DNA of 37,688 bases from Thioalkalivibrio sp. GTDB lineage: Bacteria > Pseudomonadota > Gammaproteobacteria > SpSt-1174. Shown piece by piece: positions 9,289 to 19,598 of the stretch (the first letter of the stretch is position 1; every line of letters starts with the position of its first letter). Both the position numbers and the translations under genes were made by a program. The notes beneath the pieces are model-generated. The model was not told the DNA's origin. It ran no database searches and saw nothing but the letters and a program-made list of their open reading frames with translations. The stretch lies in NCBI GenBank assembly GCA_011046015.1, contig DSBO01000048.1:1-37688 (forward strand), in the 5' to 3' direction.

Positions 9289-10347
9289 TCATTCCCCGGG
9301 GATCGTGAAGCATACAGTATACGTATCTTCACTCTGCTCGATGTGCAACTCGCTTTGCTCGCCATAGGCGAGTGCGAGGCGCTGGCGGATGTTGTCCTGC
9401 GCCATGTGGTTGCCCTGGCTCCGGCGTGTTTCCTGGCCCAGCGGGTTGCTGACCAGCACGCGCAGGCCCTGCGGCGCGCCCTCGATACGGATCTGCACGA
9501 TACCGCCCTGCGTGAGCGGTTCGATGCCGTGATAGATGGCGTTCTCCACCAGAGGCTGGATCACCAGCGCGGGCACGGTGATGCCGCGCGGTAGATGCTC
9601 GTCGATGTGCCACTCGATGGTGAGCCGTTCATCCAGCCGCAGTTGTTCGATGGCGAGATAGCGGCGGGTGATCTCGATCTCCTCGTCCAGCCCGATGCGT
9701 TCGCGCTTGTCCAGTGTGGCGCGGAACATGTCGGCCAGGTCGTGCACTGCCTCCTCAGCCTGGTCCGGGTGAGTGCGGGTGAGACTGGCAATGGTGTTCA
9801 TGCTGTTGAACAGGAAATGCGGCCGGATCCGCGCCGTGAGTGCCTGCACCCGCGCGCGGGCCTCAGCCTCGACGTTCTGCGCCCACTGGTGATGCACGTA
9901 GAAGTAGCGGAAGACGATGGTGGCGACAATCGTGGTGATGGCGAGATTGCGCAGCACGAACAGGGTCGGGGAGAGCTCGGAGCTCACGGCCTGCGCGCCG
10001 GCGTAGCGCTCGATGGCCAGCGTGAGCAGGGAGACGCCCAGCGCCATGCCGAGCGTGGTGCCGTAGCCTACCATGGCGGCCACGCGCGGGTCGGGTAGTG
10101 GCCGGTAGCGCCGGATCACGCACAGGGCGCCCGCCGAGCCCAGCGCCACCCACTGCACGAACAGGCTGATCAGCCCCAGGTCGGTCCACAGGTTGCCGGT
10201 ATGGGTGGCCGAGACCAGCGCCAGCATGCAGGCCAGCAGCTCGGCGATGAGCACGACCAGGAATACCGCGCGTGCGGTGCAGAAGTTTGGCAGGAAGCAG
10301 TCGCGCGACTCGGTAGCCACATCGCGACCGGGGGTGGTGGTTCGCAT
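9289..10347 (-). CDS. algZ: LytS-family sensor histidine kinase (AlgZ/FimS-like)
   Basis: Start re-set to ATG 10347. FLPNFC, several TM helices, ARIRPHFLFNSMNTIASL, QPLVENAIYHG, NIRQRL; divergent from argH as in Pseudomonas. Confidence 0.9.
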   Translation of the reverse strand: MRTTTPGRDVATESRDCFLPNFCTARAVFLVVLIAELLACMLALVSATHTGNLWTDLGLISLFVQWVALGSAGALCVIRRYRPLPDPRVAAMVGYGTTLGMALGVSLLTLAIERYAGAQAVSSELSPTLFVLRNLAITTIVATIVFRYFYVHHQWAQNVEAEARARVQALTARIRPHFLFNSMNTIASLTRTHPDQAEEAVHDLADMFRATLDKRERIGLDEEIEITRRYLAIEQLRLDERLTIEWHIDEHLPRGITVPALVIQPLVENAIYHGIEPLTQGGIVQIRIEGAPQGLRVLVSNPLGQETRRSQGNHMAQDNIRQRLALAYGEQSELHIEQSEDTYTVCFTIPGE

Positions 10348-10434
10348 GGACCAAGTGTTGCCGCTGGAGCGCCTCAAGGCAAGCGGCGCGATGGTATACT
10401 GCGCCACTTCAAGACCAGCCAGTGATGACACGCC

Positions 10435-11826
10435 ATGACCGATCAGCAACAGGACGACAAACTCTGGGGTGGCCGCTTCACCGAGGCGACCGATGCCTTC
10501 GTCGAGGCCTTTACCGCCTCGGTGGACTTTGACCGTCGGCTCTACCGCCACGACATCGAGGGCTCCAGGGCCCACGCGCGCATGCTCGCGAAGGTCGGGG
10601 TGCTCACCGAGGCGGAGTGCGCGGCGATCCTCGAGGGGCTGGACGAGGTGCTGCACGACATCGAGCGCGGCGACTTCGCCTGGTCGGTATCGCTCGAGGA
10701 CGTGCACATGAACATCGAGGCACGCCTCACCGACCGCATCGGCGTGGCCGGCAAGAAGCTGCACACCGGGCGCTCGCGCAACGACCAGGTCGCCACCGAC
10801 ATCCGCCTGTACCTGCGCGACGAAATCGACTTCCTGCTCGGCGAGATCCGTCGCGCCCAGCACGCGCTGCTCGACCTGGCCGAGCGCGAGGCGGACACCA
10901 TCCTCCCGGGATTCACCCACCTGCAGGTGGCGATGCCGGTTACCTTCGGCCACCACATGCTGGCCTGGTTCGAGATGCTGGATCGCGACTTCGACCGCCT
11001 GGCCGACTGCCGCAAGCGCGTGAACGTGATGCCGCTGGGTGCAGCGGCCCTGGCGGGCACCACCTATCCCATCGACCGCGACTACACGGCCGACCTGCTC
11101 GGCTTTGCGCGTCCGGCAAACAATTCGCTGGATGCCGTCTCCGATCGTGACTTCGCCATCGAATTCTGCGCCGCCGGCGCGCTGATCATGACGCACCTGT
11201 CGCGCTTCGCCGAGGAGCTGGTCCTCTGGGCCTCCGCGCAGTTCGATTTCGTCGACCTGCCGGATCGTTTCTGCACCGGCTCATCCATCATGCCGCAGAA
11301 GAAGAACCCGGACGTCCCCGAGCTGCTGCGCGGCAAGAGCGGGCGCACCAACGGCAACCTCATCAGCCTGCTCACGCTGATGAAGGGCCAGCCGCTGGCC
11401 TACAACAAGGACAACCAGGAAGACAAGGAGCCGCTGTTCGACACAGTCGACACGCTCAGGGGCAGCCTGCGTGCCTTCGCCGACATGGTTCCGCACCTCA
11501 AGGTGAAGGCCGAGCGCATGCGTGCTGCCGCCCGCCAGGGCTACTCCACCGCGACCGATCTGGCGGACTACCTGGTGCGCAAGGGCGTGGCCTTCCGCGA
11601 CGCCCACGAGATCGTCGGCAAGTCCGTGCGCTACGGCATCGAGCAGGGTCGCGACCTGGCCGACCTCGCGCTGGACGAACTGCGGCAGTTCTCGGATGCC
11701 ATTGAAGATGACGTGTTCGAGGTGCTCACGCTGGAAGGCTCGGTGGCCGCGCGCAACCACCTCGGCGGTACCGCGCCCGAGCAGGTGCGCAAGCAGGTTC
11801 AAGGCGCGAGGGGGCGGTTGGGGTAG
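10435..11826 (+). CDS. argH: Argininosuccinate lyase
   Basis: [56 protein letters not shown]. Confidence 0.98.
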   Translation: MTDQQQDDKLWGGRFTEATDAFVEAFTASVDFDRRLYRHDIEGSRAHARMLAKVGVLTEAECAAILEGLDEVLHDIERGDFAWSVSLEDVHMNIEARLTDRIGVAGKKLHTGRSRNDQVATDIRLYLRDEIDFLLGEIRRAQHALLDLAEREADTILPGFTHLQVAMPVTFGHHMLAWFEMLDRDFDRLADCRKRVNVMPLGAAALAGTTYPIDRDYTADLLGFARPANNSLDAVSDRDFAIEFCAAGALIMTHLSRFAEELVLWASAQFDFVDLPDRFCTGSSIMPQKKNPDVPELLRGKSGRTNGNLISLLTLMKGQPLAYNKDNQEDKEPLFDTVDTLRGSLRAFADMVPHLKVKAERMRAAARQGYSTATDLADYLVRKGVAFRDAHEIVGKSVRYGIEQGRDLADLALDELRQFSDAIEDDVFEVLTLEGSVAARNHLGGTAPEQVRKQVQGARGRLG

Positions 11827-11847
11827 TAAGTGGCAGGGACGGTGTTT

Positions 11848-11975
11848 GCCACCGAGGGCACAGAGATCACAGAGTTTCAGGCTGCACGCTTTAAGCAGGG
11901 GTGACGGAATTCACGACTGTCATCGCCTGTCACGACACCGCTTTATCCCTCTGTGTACTCTCTGCCCTCTGTGGC
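11848..11975. repeat. 128-bp MITE-like element with 27-bp imperfect inverted arms built from three 9-bp-periodic CACAGAG units
   Basis: Left arm GCCACCGAGGGCACAGAGATCACAGAG (11848-11874); right arm CTCTGTGTACTCTCTGCCCTCTGTGGC (11949-11975); 23/27 complementary. Confidence 0.8.
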
Positions 11976-11983
11976 TAGCTAAC

Positions 11984-12361
11984 CTAGCGCCGCCCCATGT
12001 AGGCCCGCTGGTCGGGCGCCACCAGCAAGGCCTCCGGGACGTGCAGCTTGATCACGGCGGGCAGCTCGAGCGTGATGCCGGGCACGGGGCGCACCGTGAC
12101 CCAGAGGGTGTTGAGCCTGAGGTTCATGTCGGCGAATACCACCACCTTGCCGTAGCGTTCCAGCACACGCTGGATGTGGCCGAGCTTGGTGCGGATGACG
12201 TCGGCCGGCTGGCGGCTGAGCCTGGGGATGATCATGAGAAAGTCACTCAGGGGCCGGCCGCTCTCGTCGCGCCCCGGGGCGCGCTTCCACAGGGGTTCGC
12301 AGGGTTCCAGTCCGATGCTGTGGCGCAGGGCCCGGGTGTCGTCGATCTGTAAGCCATTCAT
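11984..12361 (-). CDS. Hypothetical small alpha/beta protein (125 aa)
   Basis: Globular-looking sequence with typical codon use (EPLWKRAP, LSDFLMIIP, VVFADMNLRLNTLWV); promoter-like CTGGCA-17-TATGCT just upstream. Confidence 0.75.
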   Translation of the reverse strand: MNGLQIDDTRALRHSIGLEPCEPLWKRAPGRDESGRPLSDFLMIIPRLSRQPADVIRTKLGHIQRVLERYGKVVVFADMNLRLNTLWVTVRPVPGITLELPAVIKLHVPEALLVAPDQRAYMGRR

Positions 12362-12403
12362 GAATCGAGCATAGCCTGCGGCGGCCGTTTTGCCAGTGGC
12401 CGC

Positions 12404-13072
12404 CTAGCCGAGCCGTGCCCGCAGCCAGTGGGAGACGGCCGCGATCTCCTCGGCGCAGACGCTGTGCCCCATCGGGTAGTCGTGCGCCTCCAGCGCAAAT
12501 CCCCTGTCCTTCAGCCAGTTGCGCGCCTGGTGCCCGATGCTGATGGGGATGATCTCGTCGTGATGGCCATGTGCCATGAACACGGGCAGGCCGCGACTGG
12601 CAAGGCCCATGCGCGCCTCCAGCTCCTCGGCCAGGGGCAGATAGGTCGAAAGTGCCAGCACGCCGCCGAGCCGTTCCCGATAGCCGATGCCTGCGTGCAG
12701 CGCGATCACTCCGCCCTGCGAGAAGCCCGCCACGATGATACGTTCGGCCTGAATACCCCCCTCGCGCTGTGCGTCGATGAGGGCGGTCACGCGCTCCGTG
12801 GAGGCGCGGATGTGCTCCGCGTTTTCTCCCAGTCCGAAGTCCAGGCTCTCGAAGTCATACCAGGCGCGCATGGCCAGACCGCCGTTGATGGTCACCGGCA
12901 TGACGGGGGCATGGGGGAACAGGAAGCGGACGGACAGGTCGGGCGGCAGGTCGAGCTCGGGCACGATGGGTTCGAAGTCGTGGCCGTCCGCACCCAGCCC
13001 ATGCAGCCAGACGATACAGGCGGTCGGCTGTGTGCCGGTGTCGACGGTGAGAAATTCGAGTGATTCGGTCAT
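12404..13072 (-). CDS. Carboxylesterase/phospholipase (alpha/beta hydrolase, acyl-protein thioesterase-like)
   Basis: WLHGLGADG, PHAP, MRAWYD, GFSQGG nucleophile elbow, HGHHDEII, YPMGHSV. Confidence 0.92.
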   Translation of the reverse strand: MTESLEFLTVDTGTQPTACIVWLHGLGADGHDFEPIVPELDLPPDLSVRFLFPHAPVMPVTINGGLAMRAWYDFESLDFGLGENAEHIRASTERVTALIDAQREGGIQAERIIVAGFSQGGVIALHAGIGYRERLGGVLALSTYLPLAEELEARMGLASRGLPVFMAHGHHDEIIPISIGHQARNWLKDRGFALEAHDYPMGHSVCAEEIAAVSHWLRARLG

Positions 13073-13141
13073 GGCGGAAGCACGGAGATGACGAGATATC
13101 CAGCTTACCGCGTTCCCGGAACGGGATGATAGGAGGTGGGT

Positions 13142-13170
13142 AAAAAAGGGAAAGCGCGTCCGTGCGCTTC
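13142..13170 (-). terminator. Rho-independent terminator of the soxYZ transcript
   Basis: GAAGCGC-ACGGAC-GCGCTTT followed by CCCTTTTTT on the minus strand. Confidence 0.65.
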
Positions 13171-13295
13171 AAGTCACTGCCAAAGGAAACTCGCTGAAAC
13201 GGTGTGCATCCACAGACTCGGAAACGTTCCGGGGCGAGACTTTCAATATGGGGTTTCCCTGCCCCCAAGCCACTGCCAAAGGATTCTTTGCGTAA
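13142..13295 (-). ncRNA. Structured soxZ 3' region / candidate sRNA ending in an intrinsic terminator
   Basis: Two copies of TCCTTTGGCAGTG(G/A)CTTG, each followed by a hairpin with an ANGGAN loop; the last hairpin AAGCGC-ACGGAC-GCGCTT is followed by TCCCTTTTTT. Confidence 0.4.
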
Positions 13296-13607
13296 TCAGG
13301 AAACCTTGGTTTCCACGGAATCGGTGTTGCCCTCGTTGTCGGTCCAGCTGATCTTCAGCGTATCGCCGGCCTTGGCACCGGAAAACTTGAACGACAGGTA
13401 GGGGTTCTTGGAGATGGCCGGGCCCCACAGGGCGGTGAGCACGTTGTTGCCGTTGTGCTCGGCATTCACTTCCTGGATGAAGTGGGCCGGGATCATCTTG
13501 CCGGTCTTGCTGTCTTTGCGCTGACCGGTTTCCATCGGGTGGCTGATCAGGCACTTCACGGTGGTGGACTCACCGGCGGCCTGCGCACGAACTTTAATCG
13601 AAGACAT
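13296..13607 (-). CDS. soxZ: Thiosulfate oxidation carrier complex protein SoxZ
   Basis: LISHPMETGQRKD, IPAHFI, ISKNPYLSF, WTDNEG; directly after soxY. Confidence 0.97.
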   Translation of the reverse strand: MSSIKVRAQAAGESTTVKCLISHPMETGQRKDSKTGKMIPAHFIQEVNAEHNGNNVLTALWGPAISKNPYLSFKFSGAKAGDTLKISWTDNEGNTDSVETKVS

Positions 13608-13635
13608 GTCTGGTACTCCTCTGAATTCTCAGCGA

Positions 13636-14097
13636 TTAACCGCCGCAGCCACCGATGGTGACCTTGACTTCCTTGCGCGAGCTGTACAGCTTGCCATTGG
13701 CCTTGACCATGGCGATCACGTCGGAGGTCTTGCCCATCTTGATGCGCGTGGAGACGAACGGATCGGTGTTGGCGCCGAGCATGTAGCTCGAGGTCAGCGG
13801 ATTACCATTTTCGGCGGCCAGAATGCTGATCGACTCGACACCGGAGATGCCGGTGGAGACGGTCACGGGCACGACGGCGCCGTTCTCGGCGATGTCGGGG
13901 GCCTTGATTTCGATCTCGCCATCGGCGGCCTGGTCACTGCCGGCGATGCCCTTCATGGCAGCGCTGATGGAATCGGCTTCGAAGGCTTCTTTCGGCCAGG
14001 CGGCCAGAACGGCGCGCGGGGCCACGAGACCGGCGGCAACGGCCATACCGACGGTGCCGGCGGCCAGGGTGCCTTTGAGCAGGGTTCTACGCTTCAT
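13636..14097 (-). CDS. soxY: Thiosulfate oxidation carrier protein SoxY
   Basis: Tat signal MKRRTLLK, APDIAENGAVVPV, NGNPL, TRIKMGKTS, C-terminal VKVTIGGCGG swinging arm; RBS GAGGAG. Confidence 0.98.
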   Translation of the reverse strand: MKRRTLLKGTLAAGTVGMAVAAGLVAPRAVLAAWPKEAFEADSISAAMKGIAGSDQAADGEIEIKAPDIAENGAVVPVTVSTGISGVESISILAAENGNPLTSSYMLGANTDPFVSTRIKMGKTSDVIAMVKANGKLYSSRKEVKVTIGGCGG

Positions 14098-14145
14098 TTC
14101 TCAACTCCTCGATCATTGCTACTTTGGTGTAGCTGTAGGATGACT

Positions 14146-14163
14146 ATACAAACACCGTGCCAA
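14146..14163 (-). promoter_or_regulatory. sigma54 (-24/-12) promoter for soxYZ
   Basis: Minus strand TTGGCACGGTGTTTGTAT versus consensus TGGCACG-N4-TTGCW; the only deviation is GT for GC at -12. Confidence 0.8.
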
Positions 14164-14180
14164 CAGAGGCGACCTTGTAA

Positions 14181-14193
14181 AATCAACAGGTTG
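14181..14193. promoter_or_regulatory. IHF binding site
   Basis: AATCAACAGGTTG matches WATCAANNNNTTR exactly, at about -45 to -57 of the sigma54 promoter. Confidence 0.7.
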
Positions 14194-14225
14194 TGACCGA
14201 GGCGCGTGGAGATGGCGGCGCGTTG

Positions 14226-14262
14226 GTTGCAAATTGCAACGGGCGCCCGTTGCAATTTGCAG
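14226..14262. promoter_or_regulatory. Tandem enhancer (UAS) sites forming a perfect 34-bp palindrome
   Basis: TGCAAATTGCAACGGGC|GCCCGTTGCAATTTGCA (14228-14261); each half contains GTTGCA-N3-TGCA; about -90 to -126 from the predicted start. Confidence 0.7.
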
Positions 14263-14272
14263 GCGGGGTGGC

Positions 14273-15617
<1,345 letters not shown>

Positions 15618-15625
<8 letters not shown>

Positions 15626-17564
15626 TCGATTCTCCCGGGGTCTGCGGCCTGGGCGGCAGCACGATGGAAACGGTCAGGCCGCCGCGCTCGTTGTTGGCAA
15701 GTTTTATCGTACCACCATGGTGCTCGATGATGCCGAGACTCACCGACAGGCCAAGCCCGCTGCCCTTGCCCACCGGCTTGGTAGTGAAGAAGGGATCGAA
15801 CAGCTTGTCGATGATCTCGGGCGCGACGCCCGCGCCCTGGTCGCAGACGCAGATGCGGACCTTCTGTTCCTCGTCCACGCCTGCCTCGATGCGCACCTCG
15901 TCACCCGCGCCGCTCGCCTGTACCGCGTTGAGCAGCAGGTTGATCAGCACCTGCTGCAGTTGATGCGGGTCGCATTCGATGACCAGGTCGGGATCCATCT
16001 CCGACACGAATTCCACCCCCTGGTCGCGGGCCGCCTGGCTCACCAGCTGCAGTGACTGCTCGACCAGCGACTGAACGTGCGTGCGCTCGTAGTGCGGGGG
16101 CACCTGGCGAGAGAAATTGAGGATGCCGCGCACGATGCGTGAGGCGCGGTGAGCCTCGTCGACCAGCGCGCGCAGGTCTTCACGCGTTGCCCTGTCGTCC
16201 GGTGGCAGGGAACGATCGATCAGCTTGGCCAGCGTCAGGATGTTGTGCAGGGGGTTGTTGATCTCGTGCCCGATGCCCGCCGCCATCTCGCCGATGGAGG
16301 CGAGCTTGGCCGACTGCAGCAGCATGGATTCGGCCTGGTCGCGCTCCTCGCGCGCGCGTTCCAGGGTATCCGCCATGTAGTCGAAGGCGACCAGCAGTTC
16401 GTTGATCTCCTGCGTGGAGCGTACCGGCGCCAGCCGGCGGCGACGGCCGCGCGCGTAGTCGCGCAGCTGGCGCGTGAGCTGGGTGATCGGCCGGGCGATG
16501 CGACGCGCGCCGACCTGGGCCAGGACCAGGCTGGCGCCGATCGCGACCACGGCGAACAGCAGCATCCCGGCGCGTATGCGATTGAACGGCGCAGTGATGG
16601 CCGCCATGTCGACGCGTGTGGCGATCACCCAGCTCACCAGCTGGTTGGGGTAGGGGTAGTATTCGGCGTAGTAGACGCGGGTGCGTCCATCCGGCGCGTC
16701 GAAGGCCCCGTAGGGGGCGCTGCGCACGGCCTCCGTCAGGCGTCCGCCGAACTGCCCGTGAAGGTTGTCGGCCGGGGTCTTGGCCGTGCTGAAGAGCCGC
16801 CCGACCGTCTCGTCGTACAGGATCATGCCGTCGCGCTCGGGTACCTCCGGGTTCAGTTCCGCGATCAGCAGCCGCCCGTCGTAGAGTCGCGGCGAGAGTT
16901 CCAGGATCCGGTCGATCTGCACGCCCGTGGCGTTCACCGTGAGATAACCGATGGGCAGCAGCTCCGATTCGCCCGTTAGCGGCACCGCCACATCCAGCAT
17001 GGGCACGTGCCCGGAGTCGCCGTACTCGGTGTGCGAGGGCGGCTGCAGCAGGTAGTTCACCTCGCCCGGGTTCAGCGTCTGCAGCACGTACAGGAATTCG
17101 GGGTCGTCCAGCTCCTCTTCCGCATAGGGGTAGGGATCGAGTCCCATGAACGATGGCGGGGTCTCCTCGCCGTCGCGCACCTTCGCCAGCGTATTCCCGC
17201 GGTAGTCGAGCAGGCGGACGGTGCCCACGTCCTTGAGGATCAGCTGCACCTCGCCGAGAAAACCGGCCAGGTACCGGGTGCGTTGCTGGTGTTCGGCGTG
17301 CTGGTGACCGGTGAGTACGGCCCGCAGGACCGGCAGCACCTGATCCACCGAGGGCGACTGCGCCAGCGCGGCGATGACCTCGCGCTCGAAACTCAGGCGC
17401 CGGTCGAACTCCGCCACCGCGAAACTCAGGTTCGCCTGCAGGCGCTCGTCCACGTCCTTGCGGTGCAGCTGCTCGCTGTAGCCCGTGACCAGCAGCACGA
17501 TGGCCATCAGCGGCACCACGGTGGCCAGCGAGACCCAGAGAAAGATGTTGGTACGAAGGTGCAC
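15618..17564 (-). CDS. Membrane sensor histidine kinase (periplasmic Cache-like domain, HAMP, HisKA, HATPase)
   Basis: Two TM helices around a ~300-aa periplasmic region; KLASIGEMAAGIGHEINNPL, QVLINLLLNA, DQGAG, FDPFFTTK, GSGLGL; overlaps the regulator start. Confidence 0.93.
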
Positions 17565-17826
17565 GGCGTATCGGTCAGGTCAACGGCTCGGCGACCACTC
17601 AGGGGATGACACGAGCATTGTACACGCCTGGCGGCCGTGCTCGCGCCACGGGCCTGCGCTGGCCCGGCGGGACCAAAGGCTCACCGCTCCCGCCGATGAT
17701 CCGTTACCCGGGGCATCTGCCGGCCTCCCTCATGCACAAGCCCCCCGGCGAGGCGAGTCGCGCGTCGCCAAGGCCGATGCATGCGGCTATACTGCGCCCA
17801 ACACGCACACCAACATATCGCTCATC

Positions 17827-17976
17827 ATGTTTCCCTGTCGCGCCCAACTCGCCTTTATCCTGCTCGTGGTACTGCTCGGCTCGCTCGGCATGCTCCAGTC
17901 CTGCGGCCAGACCGGCGACCTGTACCTGCCGACCCCCGAGCCCACTCAGCCCGACAACACCCGCGGAGACGCCTGA
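17827..17976 (+). CDS. lptM: Small outer-membrane lipoprotein LptM (YifL/LppL family)
   Basis: Signal peptide plus CGQTGDLYLP (family motif CGxKGxLYLP); immediately upstream of lysA, the conserved position. Confidence 0.82.
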   Translation: MFPCRAQLAFILLVVLLGSLGMLQSCGQTGDLYLPTPEPTQPDNTRGDA

Positions 17977-17978
17977 CG

Positions 17979-19226
17979 GTGGACTTCTTCAACTATCGCA
18001 ACGGCGAGCTCTACGCCGAGGACCTGTCTGTCGCCCGGCTGGCCGAACAGTACGGCACGCCGCTCTATGTCTACTCGCGCGCCACCATCGAGCGTCACTG
18101 GCACGCCTTCAACGACGCCTTCGGCGATCACCCGCACCTGGTCTGCTACGCGGTGAAGGCCAACTCCAATCTCGCCGTGCTCAACCTGATGGCGCGCATG
18201 GGCTCCGGATTCGACATCGTCTCGGTGGGCGAGCTCGAGCGCGTGCTGAAGGCTGGCGGCGACCCGGGCAAGGTGGTGTTCTCGGGCGTGGGCAAGAAGG
18301 CCGACGAAATGCGCCGCGCGCTGGAGGTCGGCATCCGCTGTTTCAACGTGGAGTCCGAGGCCGAGCTCCAGCGCCTCAACGCGGTGGCTGGCGAGATGGG
18401 CCGGGTTGCACCGGTGTCGATCCGCGTGAACCCGGACGTGGACGCGAAGACCCATCCCTACATCTCCACCGGCCTGAAGGAGAACAAGTTCGGCATCGAT
18501 ATCGACGAGGCCGAGCGCGTATACCGGGAGGCCGCCGCGTTGCCGCACCTCGAGGTGGCCGGCATCGACTGTCACATCGGCTCGCAGCTCACCCGGGTCG
18601 AGCCCTTCCTCGATGCGCTGGATCGTGTCATCGCCCTGGCCGACCGGCTCAAGGCCGCCGGCATCGCGATCCATCACCTGGACCTGGGGGGCGGACTCGG
18701 CATTCGCTACCGCGACGAGACGCCGCCCGAGCCGGACGACTACGTGAAGGCCATGTTCGCGCGCTGCAAGGGCTGCGACTACGAGATCCTGCTCGAGCCG
18801 GGCCGCGCCATCATGGGCAACGCCGGGATCCTGGTCACGCGCGTGGAATACCTCAAGCCCACCGCACACAAGGGTTTCGCCGTGGTGGATGCGGCGATGA
18901 ACGACCTCATGCGTCCCGCGCTGTACCAGGCCTGGCAGGCCATCGTGCCGGTGGTCGAGGGCGGACGGGGCGAGGCGCGCGTGTACGACGTGGTCGGCCC
19001 CGTCTGCGAGACCGGCGACTTCATCGGCAAGGACCGTGAGCTCGCCATCCAGCCGGGCGACCTGCTCGCCGTGCGTTCTTCCGGCGCCTATGGTTTCTCC
19101 ATGAGCTCCAATTACAACACGCGCCCGCGCGCCGCCGAGGTCATGGTCGACGGTGACGCCGCACACGTCGTGCGCGAACGCGAGACCATCGACGTGCTGC
19201 TGGCCGGCGAGCGAATGCTGCCATAA
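17979..19226 (+). CDS. lysA: Diaminopimelate decarboxylase
   Basis: GTG 17979 after GGAG; YGTPLYVYS, YAVKANSN (PLP Lys), HIGSQ, DLGGGLG, EPGR, GPVCETGD, GAYG.MSSNYN. Confidence 0.97.
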   Translation: MDFFNYRNGELYAEDLSVARLAEQYGTPLYVYSRATIERHWHAFNDAFGDHPHLVCYAVKANSNLAVLNLMARMGSGFDIVSVGELERVLKAGGDPGKVVFSGVGKKADEMRRALEVGIRCFNVESEAELQRLNAVAGEMGRVAPVSIRVNPDVDAKTHPYISTGLKENKFGIDIDEAERVYREAAALPHLEVAGIDCHIGSQLTRVEPFLDALDRVIALADRLKAAGIAIHHLDLGGGLGIRYRDETPPEPDDYVKAMFARCKGCDYEILLEPGRAIMGNAGILVTRVEYLKPTAHKGFAVVDAAMNDLMRPALYQAWQAIVPVVEGGRGEARVYDVVGPVCETGDFIGKDRELAIQPGDLLAVRSSGAYGFSMSSNYNTRPRAAEVMVDGDAAHVVRERETIDVLLAGERMLP

Positions 19227-19239
19227 TCGGGGCCCCGGG

Positions 19240-19425
19240 GTGAGTGGCATCAGCACGCCCTGCGTCCAGGTCTGCGAGCTCGGACCTGACGATCGCTGCG
19301 TCGGCTGCGGGCGCAGCCGCGACGAGATCGCCGCCTGGACGCGCCTGCCGGAGTCCGCGCGGCGCGCGGTGATGGAACGCCTGCGGGCCGAGGGCTATCC
19401 GCGTCGCGCCACCGAATCGACCTAA
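19240..19425 (+). CDS. DUF1289 family small Cys-rich protein
   Basis: TPCVQVC...CVGCGRSRDEIAAW motif; start probably GTG 19240. Confidence 0.85.
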   Translation: MSGISTPCVQVCELGPDDRCVGCGRSRDEIAAWTRLPESARRAVMERLRAEGYPRRATEST

Positions 19426-19598
19426 ACGCCGGCCCGGTACGCCGCCAGTGGCGATGCGTGCCGGTACACTCGCGCGGGTCTTTAACGCCGGGATCGAGTT
19501 CATCTCGCCCGGGTGCTTCTCCTGGGGCCGACCGGGATGGACCGCGTCATCAACCGCCTCAGATTCACGTCCACCAGATGTCGAGCCGCGATAGCCTC

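Noticed and set aside
9289-11196. 635-aa ORF suggesting an N-terminally extended AlgZ
   Set aside because: The extra ~283 aa is antisense to argH; kinase homology starts near ATG 10347.
13170-13283. Direct repeats as a mini CRISPR array
   Set aside because: Only two 18-bp copies with a 78-bp spacer, and no cas genes.
13204-13401. 65-aa plus-strand ORF after the AAAGGA repeat
   Set aside because: It overlaps soxZ antisense, has poor SD spacing and has no protein-like features.
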